Under the pieces are notes generated by a model. The model did no database searches and was not told the origin of the DNA. It worked only from the letters and a program-made list of their open reading frames with translations. Position numbers and translations under genes: made by a program. From contig NC_058369.1 in NCBI RefSeq assembly GCF_018350175.1, positions 23,686,001 to 23,750,000 on the forward strand: a stretch of DNA of 64,000 nt. Reading direction: 5' to 3'. Below are positions 26,201-40,100 of the stretch, one piece after another. Each line of letters begins with the position of its first letter. Positions within the stretch are counted from its first letter, which is position 1. The stretch comes from Felis catus. Taxonomy: Eukaryota.

Positions 26201-27798
26201 GAAGTGCCAAAGAGAAGTTTTCCCTACATCACAGTACGGCTGGGCCCAGCAGCCAAGGCCAACTTTCATTTGCATTCCCTTTAGTCCCAAATTATCAAGC
26301 CTTGAAGTCCTGCTCTCCGTCTTGATAAAGCATCCACTTCCTGGGACATGATACTGCTCCGCAGGAACACGAACTCACTCACGTGACCCCAGCCAAAGCA
26401 CTGTGCACATGCCAGGGAGTGAGGCCCAGAGGCGGAAAGGAATGTGCCCAAAGTCACACAGCAAAGTGGTGGCTAGGGTGGGACTGGAGCCCAGACCATG
26501 AAAAGTCCTGTTGGGACCCTTCATAAAGCTGGGGTCCAGGATGCTCCCAGCCCTGGTTCACGTGCAGAGGGAAACTTTGCCTAACACACACTGGGGCACT
26601 CTGAGAGCACAAGAATGAGAACGTCGAGGTGGCCTCAACTTGAAAACTAGCACAAGTGACTCTGGGTCAGGAATGACATGTTGGGTATCTAGCATTAGGA
26701 GCTTTCCATCTTTCTGTGCCCAGCAACCCCGAGACCCTACCGTCTAGTGGATAAAGACAAGGGCTGTATAGTCAGAGGGACCTGGCTCTGCTTCCTACCG
26801 GCTCTGTAGTTTAGGAAACATACTTAATCTTCTGAGGCTTCTCTTGCTTCTGTAAAATAGAGACAGTAACTCTTCTTCTTGTCAGATGCTGTGAGATCAG
26901 ACAAAATAATGTAAGTAAAAATACCTTTAAAAAACCGTATGTGTGCTTAATAAATGGGAGCAGTTGCTAGTAAATCTGTGCCGTGAATTACACAAATCTT
27001 ATTTCCACTTCGTGGACAAGAAGACCGAGGCGCAGAGGAACCTTAGTGGCTTTTTCAAGGGGGTACAGTTTGCTACCCCCAGGAAGCAAAGTGGGGTACG
27101 GGAAGGGTGTGCCTAGGATTCAGGAGTCCGGGCTGGTCTTCCCAGCCTCAGACTCTTGCTCCGTAAAGAGGAGGTAAGTCCCCACCCTGATCATGTCATG
27201 GGTCTCTCCTCAGACATGGGAACGCATTCTGCAGAGTTTCCCATGGATGGGGGAGGACTCGGCATGTCTGAGCTGAGGCTGAGCCCATCCTGTCTCCCCA
27301 CCCTCCGCTTCCCCAGCCCGAACCTGATCAAGAACCTTCAGGAGCCCCCTCCCAGTGCCTTGAAGGGAGCGCCCTGCAATTTGCTGAATCAGGGAGCTCA
27401 TGAGTCATGGAAAGCCAGCGATGGAATGCAGGTGGTTTCTCCCCATGCCAGTGAGCACCACGTCTGCCGTCATCATCCCTACCACTGCTTGAGTGCCTTC
27501 TTGGGGCCAGGCTCTTTACTTACATGGTTGGCTATTTTGGCCAACACTGTGTCACATCACCATACCTTCATGTTACACATATGAATCCTGACTGAAGCTC
27601 AGGGAGGTAGGTAGTGGCTAAAGGGCACGCAGTTAATAGAAGCAAACCTTGGGGCCAGGCTTTCTTAACTCTACCTTCTTTGTCCTCTCCTCTGCACCAT
27701 GCTGCTGCTGGGTTTCTAGGGCTGAGAGAAGGGTACCTGTCCCACCGCAGGTGCTGTCACAGGAGAGAGGGGAGGTAGACACTCTGGAATCTTGACCC

Positions 27799-28327
27799 GT
27801 GGGAGAGATTGTTTGCAAAGCTGCTGTAGCAACTTCTCCCACCCTGTATGGATCCCCTTTGCAGGGTGACCTTGCCACTGCTCTCATCCAGGGCGGGAGT
27901 CTGTTTCTCCACCTCGTTGAATCTGGGCTGTCCTTGGGATGCTCTGACAGATAGAATGAAGCAGAAGTGATGCAGTGTAACTTCTGAATTCAGGCCTCAA
28001 GGAGACTAGAAGCTTCTAAGTTTCACCTTCATGGAATGTGGTACCACAATGTGAGGAAGCCCAGGCTGGCCTCCCTGAAGCTAAGAGACCACATCGAGAG
28101 AAAAGCCCAGGCAGTAGCCAGTATCAACCGCTGACTTGTGAGTGAGGCCATGTAGGATCATTCAGCCCCTAGCCGACCTGCCAGGCCCCACATAAGAGCA
28201 GCAGAACCCCAGCTCACCCAGTCCAAACTGTTGACCCACAAGATCATAAGCAAATACAATCGGTATTGTTTTAAGCCACTAAGTTTTGGTATGATCGCTG
28301 TGTGTCATTCAACAATAAACTGATAAA
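27799..28327 (+). mobile_element. MLT1F/G-like MaLR LTR
   Basis: ttgaatctgggctg...atagaatgaagcagaagtgatgc...atgtgaggaagcccaggct...ttgttttaagccactaagttttgg. Confidence 0.7.
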
Positions 28328-28909
28328 GGGAGTGACTTAATTTCTCCCGGCCTCAGTTTTCTCATCTGTAAAATGGGGATAACGGTCATATCCACATTTG
28401 ACGAGCTTGTCACGAAGAGTGAACGAACTGAAGCCTGTGAATCAAATCATGCACTGAGTCAAGTCTGCACAGAGTTGGCAGCATCACTGTCGAGGGGTCA
28501 CGACTGGTGCGTGCAGCTCTGGTTCTAGCATCTGAGGCAAGCGACTTGAGGAGAGCCCTTCGGTGGGCGGGGGGGAGTGGGTATGCAGAGGGCAGCCCTG
28601 GGACAAGAGAGCAAGGTCACACAAGTGGAACAGAAGTGGGCAAGCATGTGGCTAGAATCTTCTCAGGTGCAGGGACTTTAGGCCATACCAAGTTGGGCCA
28701 GAAGCCAAGGATTGCAGGTTTTGAGCCAAGGCAATGTGACGCCAAAATATCCCCACAATCACGAAATCCTTCAGGGTCCAAGATCTAAGGGGCTGAGGAG
28801 GCAGATGTCTCCACAGGGTCATTAAACGTCAGTCGGAACACGCCCCACCCATGCCGGAGACCTTCCCATGGTTTCCCATCCTCCTAAAGAAGATGTGAGC
28901 TGCAGAGCA

Positions 28910-28938
28910 CCCCACCCCCACCCCCACCCCCACCCCCA
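28910..28938. repeat. (CCCCCA)n repeat, G-quadruplex-capable on the minus strand
   Basis: Direct reading. Confidence 0.85.
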
Positions 28939-29122
28939 CCACTCCCCTTCCTCTTCACAAGCTGCCGTACCTCTCCATGCATACATAGTTCTTGGATGGA
29001 CCACATCTTCTCCTACCTCCCGGCCTTTGCACAAGCAGTGCCCTATTTCTTGAATGCTGTTAACCCACCTTTCTCCCACTCAACCTAGATAGCGTCTACT
29101 TGTCTTTAAAAAGCCCAGCTAA

Positions 29123-29815
29123 TGGCAAAGATGTGGAGAAACGGGAACCCTCTTGCACTGTTGGTGGGAATGCAAACTGGTGCAGCCGCTCTGGAAAACA
29201 GTGTGGAGGTTCCTCAAAAAATTAAAAATAGATCTACCCTATGACCCAGCAACAGCACTGCTAGGAATTTACCCAGGGGATACAGGAGTGCTGATGCATA
29301 GGGGCACTTGGACCCCAATGTTTATAGCAGCACTTTCAACAATAGCCAAATTATGGAAAGACCCTAAATGTCCATCAACTGATGAATGGATAAAGAAATT
29401 GTGGTTCATATACACAATGGAATACTACGTGGCCATGAGAAAGAATGAAATATGGCTTCTTGTCGCAACGTGGATGGAACTGGAGAGTGTTATGCTAAGT
29501 GAAATAAGTCATACAGAGAAAAACAGGTACCATATGTGTTCACTCTTATGTGGATCCTGAGAAACTTAACAGAAGACCATGGGGGAGGGGAAGAAAAACA
29601 AAAAAAAAAGAGGTTAGAGAGGGAGGGAGCCAAAACATAAGAGACTTTTAAAAACTGAGACTAAACTGAGGGTTGATGGGGGGTGGGAGGGAGGGGAAAG
29701 TGGGTGATGGGCATTGAGGAGGGCACCTGTTGGGGTGAGCACTGGGTGTTGTTTGGAAACCAATTTGACAATAAATTTCATATTTACAAAAAATAAAAAA
29801 GTAGAAAATAAAAAT
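29123..29815 (+). mobile_element. 5'-truncated young feline-type LINE-1 (ORF2 C-terminus plus 3' UTR) inserted into an L2
   Basis: ORF 29153-29560 ([20 protein letters not shown]...) is the L1 ORF2p C-terminus. AATAAA and A-tail present. TSD AAAAAGCCCAGCTAA 29108-29122 / AAAAAACCCAGCTAA 29816-29830 at a TTT|AAAA endonuclease site. Confidence 0.93.
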
Positions 29816-29830
29816 AAAAAACCCAGCTAA

Positions 29831-30057
29831 AATGTCACTTTCTCTAGGGAGCACCCTTGATATCCAAGTCTGGGATTGGCTCTCTGGGCCCCCTATGGCA
29901 GCCCATCCTTCCTTGGTCTCCTATCACTGTGACTGCTGGTTACTCAGGGAGGGCTGGACCACACTTGCTTTGCTCACCGCTGTAAACGCATCGCCTACAT
30001 CAGTGCCCAGCATACAGTAAGTGTTCATTAAATACCCCTTCCTACTGAGTAAATGAT
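29831..30057 (+). mobile_element. LINE-2 3' end (continues 28870-29107 on the other side of the L1)
   Basis: aatgtcactttctctagggag...cagtgcccagcatacagtaagtgttcattaaata...gagtaaatga. Confidence 0.6.
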
Positions 30058-30479
30058 GAGACAACGCACGAGTTGGAAGTGTCCTGAGAGGAAAAAGCAA
30101 CAGCAAAAGGGATATCAGAGGCTCCGCAAGGGGAAGAGATTTGCCCCAAATCACACTGGAGCTATGTCAGAAGCAGGAAGAGGCTCCGCCTTTACTGAAC
30201 GAGGCCTATTTTCTTAGATGGCTGGGAGGGACCCCAGTTGATGGAGGGAGGAGCCCTCTTTGATAATGAATGTGGATGAGTCAGGACATGTCTGAAATGG
30301 AGTCCCCCAGGTGAAACTGCTTGCTTCTCCGGGCCAGCGTCCACCTGGGTGGGGGAGGGGGGGATGGGGGGGATAGGAAGACTTGCAAGGGATCTTCTGA
30401 ATCTGTGACTGTTCCACCGAGGGACCCCCACTGTGTCCAGGGACTCAGTGACAGACCTGGGTCCCGACTACAGGAGCAT

Positions 30480-30910
30480 GACAGGTGGACTGAAACCCCA
30501 GTAGTGTGCTGGGTAGAATAACTACTTATATCAAACTCCAAAATGTCTGTCACTTGATAGAAGTTTATGATTCATCACATGACCATCTAAGGAGGGAATT
30601 TCTGGTCAGTGCATGGCTTTCCTCCGTGTGGGGGGTCAAGGACCCGGATTTCTTTCATGCCATGGCTCCCTCAGCCCCTAGAACTTCAGAGCCCTCTGCT
30701 CCCAACTGGTGGAAAGAAAAGAAGCCAGGGAGAACTGATACAAGTTTCTCAAAGACTCCGAGCTCCAAAATCGACACATGCCACCTCTGTTCACTGTCCA
30801 TTGTTCAAAACTAGCCTCTGGGCCATATCTAGTTGCAAAGGGGATTGGGAAATGTAGTCTTTGGTTAGGCAGCCCTCTTGGAGGACCAGTTCCACATCGA
30901 TAAAGGAGGA
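30480..30910 (-). mobile_element. Old MLT1 (J/K-like) LTR
   Basis: atagaagtttat...tccattgttcaaaactag...tagttgcaaaggggattgggaaatgtagtcttt. Confidence 0.55.
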
Positions 30911-31164
30911 GCATGAATTTTTGGTGGACATATTGACTCTTGAGTCAGCTTTAAGTTCTCCATACTTTCATTTCTTCATCTATAAAATGAAGGTAACAGC
31001 ATTATCTCAGAATATTCTTGAAAATCCTACTTAAATGAATGAAAGATAAAGCCCTTAGCAAGTACCAGGTACAGAATAAATGCTTGTCAAATATTCCTTT
31101 CCTACACCACTTTTTAATTATTAGAAATGAAATTTGCCCAAATAAACATTTAAAAAGAAGGGGG

Positions 31165-31373
31165 GGGGCACGTGGGTGGCTCAGTCGGTTAAGTTTCCGA
31201 CTTCGGCTCAGGTCACGATCTCACTGCTCGGGAGTTCGAGCCCCACATGGGGCTCTGTGCTAACAGCTCAGAGCCTGGAGCCTGCTTCGGATTCTGTGTG
31301 TCCCTCTCTCTGCCCCTCACCCACTCACACTCTGTCTCTGTCTCTCAAAAATAAATAAATGCTGAACAAAAAA
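31165..31373 (+). mobile_element. Can-SINE (SINEC_Fc-like)
   Basis: Head ggggcacgtgggtggctcagtcggttaag; flanking repeat agaaatgaaatttgcccaa / agaaatgagatttgtccaa. Confidence 0.9.
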
Positions 31374-32451
31374 AGAAATGAGATTTGTCCAAAGGTAATG
31401 GTCAGAGGACATCTGGATCCCCTCTTGGCTTCCTTCACCTCCTCTGCTTTTTACACCTTCCTCTTTCCCTCTTTCTGCTCTTTTCTGTTTCCCTTCCTTT
31501 CTTCCTCTTCCTCACCTTTGCGGTCTCTCGGTGTCCCTGGACTTCCCTCGTCTCCTGAGCAGATTCTTCCCCTCCTAGTGAACCAGGCTGCAGAGATAGA
31601 TGAGCTGCCCCTCGGAGCCAGCCTCCACTGGCCAGAGGAACAGATAACAGCTCTCCAGACATGACACAAGGTAGCACGCCCTCCCCTGGGCAGCCACGGA
31701 CAGCAAGCCAGGCAGCTCTGGATTCAATGGAAGGAGTCCTCGCAGCACCTGCCAGAGACAGGGGCACTCAACCCCAGTGCTTCCCAGCTTGCCCACAGGA
31801 TAAGCACAGGTGCTAAATGAGCAGAGTCCAAATCTCCGACCAGCTCTGAGTCAGGCAGCAAGTTTCTTTCCTGCTGTTTGGTTTTCACACAGCCAATACG
31901 CCAATGAACATCATACATCTCTCAGTGGGCAGAAATCCATCATCTGTCACTTCCCAAACTTGTTTGGTTGTGGCATGCCTTCTGTTGAGCATCTCCCGGG
32001 CCTATGAGTGATAGAAACCTCTTTAGAAATTACAGCTCAATATCAAAAATCAAAGGACAGAGTACACATCTGTTAAGCTCCTGGGGGAAGGCTGGTTAGG
32101 AAAATTTAGCTGATAATTTATTGTCTTTGTTTTTGATACTAATCTCCCCTCTTCAGTTGCAACTATTTTTTAGGCTTTAGCAGTGGCTTTTTGCAGGTTA
32201 TATCATGTAATTTAAGTATCAAACCTAATTGCTCTTGTCCCTGTGTTTCAGGTGAGGACACTAAGATCAGAGAGATTCAAGAATAGTGGGTAGAGCTGAA
32301 ACCTGAAAATGGATGTGGTTTTAACTCATTAAATATTTAGAGTTCCTGTGATATGCCAGACATTTCTTTACACCAAGAGATTAATCCTTTTTATTTCTGT
32401 TTTAACCTCATTGGCTAACTCATAAATACAGATCTTTTTGGTTTTAATGAG

Positions 32452-32680
32452 TTTTAATGAGGGTGATTTTACCCATCATCTCCACCCCCCCCCCCCCATT
32501 CCACAACATTCAACAATATGTGGAGACATATTTCGTTGTCACCAATAGGAAGGTGCTATTGGCATCTCATGGAGAGAGGTCTTGGGATGCCACTAATCAT
32601 CCTATAATGCATAAGACAGTCCCTCACAGCCAAGAATTATCTGACCCCAAATGTCATAATGATAAGGTTGAGAAACTCTG
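32452..32680 (+). mobile_element. MER20-like DNA transposon fossil
   Basis: gggtgatttt...ggagacatatttcgttgtcac...aagaattatctgaccccaaatgtc...aggttgagaaactctg. Confidence 0.7.
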
Positions 32681-33517
32681 ATTTAGAGGGAAAACACTTT
32701 TAAAAGCCATCACAAGTGCAAGAACCTACAGGGGTCAGGTAGGTCACATAAATGGCTGGCGAATTGGACATGCCCAACCCCAGCTCAAAGGGGCAGTGGC
32801 TGCTCAGATATAGTTGACTGTCACTGCAGGGGGCCTGTGAGATCATGTGTCCAGGTGGCCAGCTCTTCCCATTTTTCAAGCCAGAAATCCTAGTCTGAAT
32901 GTGCAACTACTCATCTTTAAATGGTGGCAACTAATTTGAGCATTTTTTAATGCTTTGCTAGTCAAACAAAGCACATCTGAAAACGTGATGTAGACAGTGG
33001 GCCCCAAGTTTGCAACCTCTTCAAACAACAAGGGTGACTTCCTAGCATCGAGCAGACCATGGCTGGGAATATTAAACAGGACTGGCTTCCACATCTTGGG
33101 TTTAGTCAGACTTATTCTATCCTTCCTAGCAAATGTTTAGTGAGCACTTGCTATGTACTAGAACCTGCTCTAAGGACCCCAAACATGTTAACTCATTTCA
33201 TCTTTAGAACAACTCTAAGAGGTAGGTATAATGCTGTCTCTCATTTTTAAGACAAGGATTCAGGGGCACAGAGAGGTTTAGAACTTTCCCAATGTAACAC
33301 AGCAAATGTCAGTTCTGGGATTTGAATCCAAACAATCTATGTTCTGAATTGCTAAGCCAAGCTGCCCTATGGAAGCTGCCGCATCTCCATTTTCTACACA
33401 GGAACACTGACAAAGGACTTTTCTAGCTCATTAGCCAACTTAGGCAAGTAACAGTCCCCCCCTTGTACTTAGCCTGTATTCCTCAAGTGCTCAATCCCTC
33501 AGTCCCTCCACTGGAAG

Positions 33518-33728
33518 CTGTGGTTCTCAACTGGGGGTGATTTTGCTCCCTGGGGCACATTCTGCAATGTCTTGGGAGACATTTTTGTTGTCACGAGGGG
33601 GGGGTACCGCTGGCATCTAGTGGTTAGAGGCCAGGGGTGCTGCCAAACCTCAAACACACGGGAGAAACTCCCACAATAAAGAATTATCCAGACCCAAAAG
33701 CCAACCTTGCTGAGGCTCAGAAACCCGG
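33518..33728 (+). mobile_element. MER20 DNA transposon fossil
   Basis: ctgtggttctcaactgggggtgattttgctcc...ggagacatttttgttgtcac...ctggcatctagtggttagaggccaggg...gagaaacc-type end. Confidence 0.8.
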
Positions 33729-34119
33729 TTTTAAACACCTGGCTGGCAGCCGTGTGACATGCAAAAAGCAACCAGCAGAATATTTCGGGTGATCCAGTCT
33801 GTTTATCTTGAACATTTTCTCTCTCTCCTCAAATCCTTCTCTTTCCTCTCTTGCCCTGGAATTTTATCATAATCCCATGTCACTGTGCTAAATTCCTACA
33901 CTGAATAATAATCTCCTACTATGACTCTTAATACATTAGCAGCAGCGGAACAGACAAGAAATAAAGATGAACATCAGGCATAAAATACAAAGGAAACACT
34001 CAAAATTGGACCAAAGTCTCACGCACCTGCCTGAAGTGTAGTTTTCTTTCTTCTGGTTGCCCTAAGCCATCATCGCGCTCTGCACCCCCATCAAACTTTG
34101 ACGGCCATGAACGCCACCT

Positions 34120-34167
34120 CCGCTAAACACACACACGACTGCACCAATTTCATAAAATGATTTTAAT
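34120..34167 (-). terminator. Distal polyadenylation site: ATTAAA plus GU-rich downstream element
   Basis: Plus-strand tttaat at 34162-34167 is ATTAAA on the minus strand, followed about 15 nt later by TTGGTGCAGTCGTGTGTGTGTTT. Confidence 0.75.
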
Positions 34168-37103
34168 AGAAAAGTACAAGGTCTGAACAAAAATAAATAA
34201 TCTTTATCTCATTTCTAGCCCAGCAAATTGTACACTGCATATAAAACTGATCTAGGAGGCAATGTTCCTCATTTCCGTTTGCTTCTGAAATACTGAGACA
34301 TTAAATCTTTGAAATTCAAACTGATACACTTTTGCTTTAAAAAAAAATCACACCAACCTTTAATCATTCCATATCCATTGTCTCAAGTTGACTAACAAGA
34401 TGATGTTTCACTAAAATAAAGTATTATCCAAACATTAGGTTGAAGCGTAAAGTTTGTGCGAACAGGTAGACGATCCACTTCCTAGGTTTTTATTCCTAAC
34501 ATTGCCAAATGTGTCCTATATTATTAAAAACTCATTTCTTCGTCTTACTTTCAAAACATGGCATCTAGTTTTCCCCATTCCAAAGAGAGAGACTAAAAAA
34601 TACCTTTTTTAAAAAAATAAATATTTTTAAAGTATACTTTACAGAGATAATGCAGTACTCTAGACCTATGCCTTGGTGAGTATTTGCATTACGTATATTC
34701 TTCAAGTTGTAAGTACCTTTTCTATCTGTCTCTATTTCTATAATACACCACTCAGTCTTTGGGGACTGCTTTTGCCAAGGATCTCTTGGACTCAGCCAGT
34801 ACCAGTTTCTTATTCGGAGTACTTATAGAACGTCATATTTGATAACTCCACCGGCTTGAATAATGTTTTGCAAAAACAAATTGAAAACTGGTATTGGCAA
34901 CATTGTCTGAGAAAAGGGTTTGGGTCGGCTACTAAAACATACACACGGTGTCAGTCCCAGGAGTTCAAGCTTGAAGAACTGAACAGATAAACTGGACCAA
35001 AACTTAAAACGGTCTTCCTTCTACTTTAGCCCATAATTACTATTTTGAACATGACTCTGTTTGCCACTGCCTACATACAAATTTTTTGTTAATTTTCCTG
35101 TATTGGGAAGATCTTGAATGCACTCCAGCATGAAAAGAAAAAAATATGCTGACAGTCCTAAATGGAGTATATGTTTTTGCAATAAAGAACACTGGTCAAT
35201 ATACAACTGAGGAAAAACTGAAACAGATGTGAGTCCTAGAACCACAAGCGTTTGAATTTGCCCAGAAATGCTATTTTAAACACTCTATATGTTGGTCTAC
35301 TGTTTTTTTGTGGAATAATGCATTCTTGGCATCCTTAAAAGGTTTCAATATGTTACAAGGTTATCCGGAAAGAAAAAAAAAAAAAAGCAAAGGGCTAACG
35401 TATCAATCTGTGTGGCGCTGGCCAGATTTCGGTGTAAGTTTTCAGAAAGCACAAGAACTCATATTAATTGCACTTAACACAACGAACCTTCAGTTTCCAA
35501 TGAGTTTCATTCTCTGCAGACTGAGGTTTGCTTTTCGTAGAACTACTTCCAAAGGGGTATAAGAGACCATCCGTCCATGGTAACTTCCAACAGAGAGGTA
35601 CAACAGATGCAGTGGTAAACACAAATATACTTTTGGACAAAAATACTGGTCATGGATAAAAGCGTGTGCCTTTTCAGTTCTTCTCCTAGATGTTACAACA
35701 GCAACACGCTCTAAAACAATTAAGTTACATGCATAATGCTAAAAGAATGTGAGCAATCCTACAACCAGCTTTAAGCCATCTGCTTGATTTCTTTTCTTTC
35801 TTTCTTTTTTTTTTTTTTTTTTTTTTTGAGGAACATATAGAGGAAAAGAGAATTCCCCTTTTGTTCCATTACATATAGAAATCTTTTGAAGCTTCCAAAG
35901 TTTGGTTTTGGTAAAAGTCTCCACTCTTCTATTATTCTGACGCGTAGTCACCCTAAACTATCCCTCATGGTTTCTCAAAAAAAAAAAAAAACCTCCACAT
36001 GAAGTATCTGAAGGACACTTGAAACCACTTACCAATATACAAGTAACGTTTTATTTTATATTCTATCTTCCATTTGGCATAAGCCTTTCAATGTTTGTTT
36101 TTTAAACCAGTGAAATATACAAATCACGCAAGACAGAAATATGTACATTAAAAGTACAGAATAAAGGCCATAGAAGATATACATAATATCTGAATGACAA
36201 GTAGAATATTTTACATTAAATAGTTTCTTTTAAAAACTAGGATTGTTAAACTCAACTCTCTTCATAAACATGAATCACTAAAAAGGAACAAAATCTGGTT
36301 TAGCAAATAAAAAAAAATTACTTCATGGTTTTTGTATAATAAAAACCAAAAAAGTGACATTTTAAACTAATTAGTGCTTTTTAATTTCAAGATCTTTTGC
36401 TTGCAATTCACTGCAACTGAGGGGAAGTGAATATCCTTGTGCAATAAATTAAGAGCCACAGGTGGTGGAGGTGATTATGAAGACCACCAAGCCTAGGACG
36501 GTTGTAGGAGATGTGTATCTTTCCAAACTTTTAGAACAGCGTAAGTCTGAGATAAGAACACATTTGATGGCATTTTTAGGAAAAAGGTGTCCTTGCTTTA
36601 AAAAAAAAAAAAATCTCTCTAACTAGCTATGTATGTTGTAAGCTCAGTTTTCCTTGGACTCAAACAGGTACCTCCAGGCCTAACAGGCACCGGTTTTCAC
36701 TCTGCAAAATGAACCAAGGGAACAGACGCATTGACAAAGCTTCCGAGTTTTGAAACTCTCTTCATTTCCACCTCTATGACAAAGGAGTAATGCCCTTTCT
36801 GGAAAGTGTACAGAAATGGAGGTTGGAGAAAGGGGGTGGCACAGGGATGATGAAAGAAGTCTTCAAACCAACATGCATATCAGGTAAGACCTTCCAGATT
36901 CCTCAGAAACAAGGCTGCTTCGTGATGCTTAAGATGTGATCACATCAGGGCCACAGCCCAGGCTCAACCCAGAAACCTTTTGGAAAAATCCCAATTGGAT
37001 TGCAATGAAGGATAACAATGCTCTAGACCGAGAAATAACCCCAGAGTAAACTAGAAATCACTGGCTGCACTGAGATATAATTATATTTATATTTATATAT
37101 AGA

Positions 37104-37134
<31 letters not shown>
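37104..37134. repeat. Compound (TG)n(TA)n microsatellite in the WNT5A 3' UTR
   Basis: Direct reading. Confidence 0.9.
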
Positions 37135-38524
37135 GTTATTTACAAAAGACTTTGAGATATGAGGGACCATTAAACCGTATCCCCCCCTTATAAATGCAAC
37201 TGTTCAAGTACACTAGAACAGTCTTGGGGCACACCTGCAGTATAATAGGAAAAGCTGGAGTGGAAAGTCTCTACACAGGATCACAACAGTGAACGCAGCA
37301 GCACCTCTGGGAACTCCATTAGCCATGTTAACGTCATTAAAACATACAAAAACTGGTGCTCCTCCAAATAAAAGTTTTAGGGAAAAAAAAATCCCTAAGT
37401 AGTGGACTGTTTCCCAAGTGGAGCTTGTAATACTTCATTTCCTGTCCCACAATCAAAGGGGACCCAGTTGAGCTGCTGCTGCCTTTCGCAACGTGGCCAG
37501 CATCACATCGCAGCAAAGCAAGGAGGAATCAGAGAGGTCCTGGGGTCAAGTAGGAGGACCGATTTCACTCTTTCCCCTCAAACAGGTTTTCTGCTCTGGT
37601 GCAACGCTGACCTGCACACCTTGTCGTCTGGGCTGAGGATCTGTGAATGGATTCATTTACTATTTTTCATTAATGTTATTTATTAACCAAGTATCCCTAA
37701 GAAAATTACAGTATATTTTTCTTCATATTCAAGCCAACCTCCCACCTCTCTCCAAACAAAAAGTCTAGTACCCAGAACCACATGGGAATCCTTTTCCAAT
37801 CTGATAACCTAATTCCTGTTAACAGCTTCAAGTCAGTATCTTGATACCTGTGTTTCTCAGGTCTTCAACTACTGGGATTTTCCTCCCTGCTCCCCAAGTT
37901 TCAGTAGCTACTAGTGTAAGACCATCTGCAGATAGAATGTTTGAGAAAACAGACACAAATAATGTACCTTCTTCCTTTGAAGGATAGGAGATTCTGGCTG
38001 TTACCTCTTAAATTACCATTTTGAAACTGTTTCAGGTTGGCAGTCCCTAGGGAAGGGGGGTGGGGGGGACCTCATTTTTTGTTGGTTTCTCAAGACCTCT
38101 CCACCCTCCCCAGAGCATTCGCAATTCACTTTGATCACAGAAGCTGGGTCCTGCATAGATCTGTACCACCCCCTTCCAGTTGGATGCTACCTGTTCCATA
38201 TCTGACCCCTTAGTTGAGAAAAAGAAAACATTTTTCCCTTCTAGATGTGCACACAACTAAGGGTACATGTAATTCCCCCTCATCCTGTACCGTCAAAAGA
38301 AGTTTTGTCTTACCTTTTCAAAGATGCACAAAATAAATATTTTTTTCTTGGTTCCCACCCCCCATTATTGCCAAATAATAATAAAAATATTAATAATAAA
38401 CCACAGAGTTTTTAGATGGGAGCAGAAAAAAAAATGGTTCCGGTTGTAATTCTCAGGGGAAAATAAAACAATATTAAAAAAAAAAAAACAGAATCACTGT
38501 ACTTTCTATAAATAAGTGGGTCCT

Positions 38525-39160
<636 letters not shown>

Positions 39161-39329
39161 CTCCTCATCCTGTGCCACCAGAAGTCTTGCGCTGCCGTCT
39201 TCAAAATAAACATGCTCTTAGCTCCTCATCACCATATTCTCACACATCACTGTAACAAACAGCCAGCTTTGAACTGAGAACAGGGAGAGACCACTCAAGT
39301 TGCTTCCTTTTTTTACAGGAAAACATTAC

Positions 39330-40100
39330 AGCAACTACTACATCTTGAACGCTCATCCCAGAGCTTATTTACCATTCCTCGCCCTCATTACCTGGATTAA
39401 TCCCCACAGCCAGCCTATAAGGGAAGTGCTAGTATCGTGCCCATTTCACAGAGAAGGAAAGGGAGGCCCATACAGTTGAGTTACTTGCCCGGCCACTGGG
39501 AGGTAAGGCTGCCAGGATTTCAACTCAGCCAGTTGGGCTCTCAGCTTATGCTCAGTGACTTGCTCATGGGCAACCCAGCTGGTAAGTAGGAGGGTTGGGA
39601 GGGGTCTAGCTCAGGTGGGATCAGGGTTCAAATCTTCATCACTATTATTATTGCTGTGTGCCAGGCACTGTAATAAGAGCCTTTATGCTGTTTATCTCAT
39701 TTAATCCTCCCAAACAACATTATAACACAGGGCGGGTTAAACGATGGCACAGTGACGCAGAGAGGGAAAGTGGTCTGCACAGGCCACACAGCTAGAATGC
39801 GGAGGAACAGGGCCTGGACCTCAGGTTGTCACTCCCGCTTCCGGCACAGCCCCTAACCCTACTCCACAATGCCTAAGCTAAGAGCACCCACGCCAGACCT
39901 AGGCAGATGGGAGTTTTGTCCTAACTGTGCCCCTGAATTCAGGCAACTGGATTCACCTCTCAGAGCCTCCTTTTTCTATCTGTAAAGGGGAACTGTAATG
40001 GTACCAACCTCGAAACATTGTTGTAAGGATAAAATTAGGAGATGCAAGGAAAGTGCTCAGCATACATTCTGATGCAATCAGTAAATCTGGTCGTTCCCAG
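39330..40100. mobile_element. Cluster of MIR fragments in WNT5A intron 4
   Basis: Repeated MIR core motifs (cccatttcacagagaagg, tgtgtgccaggcactgt, ctcatttaatcctc, atctgtaaagggga). Confidence 0.6.

Noticed and set aside
29153..29560. 135-aa ORF
   Set aside because: It is the C-terminus of L1 ORF2p in a truncated element, not a host gene.
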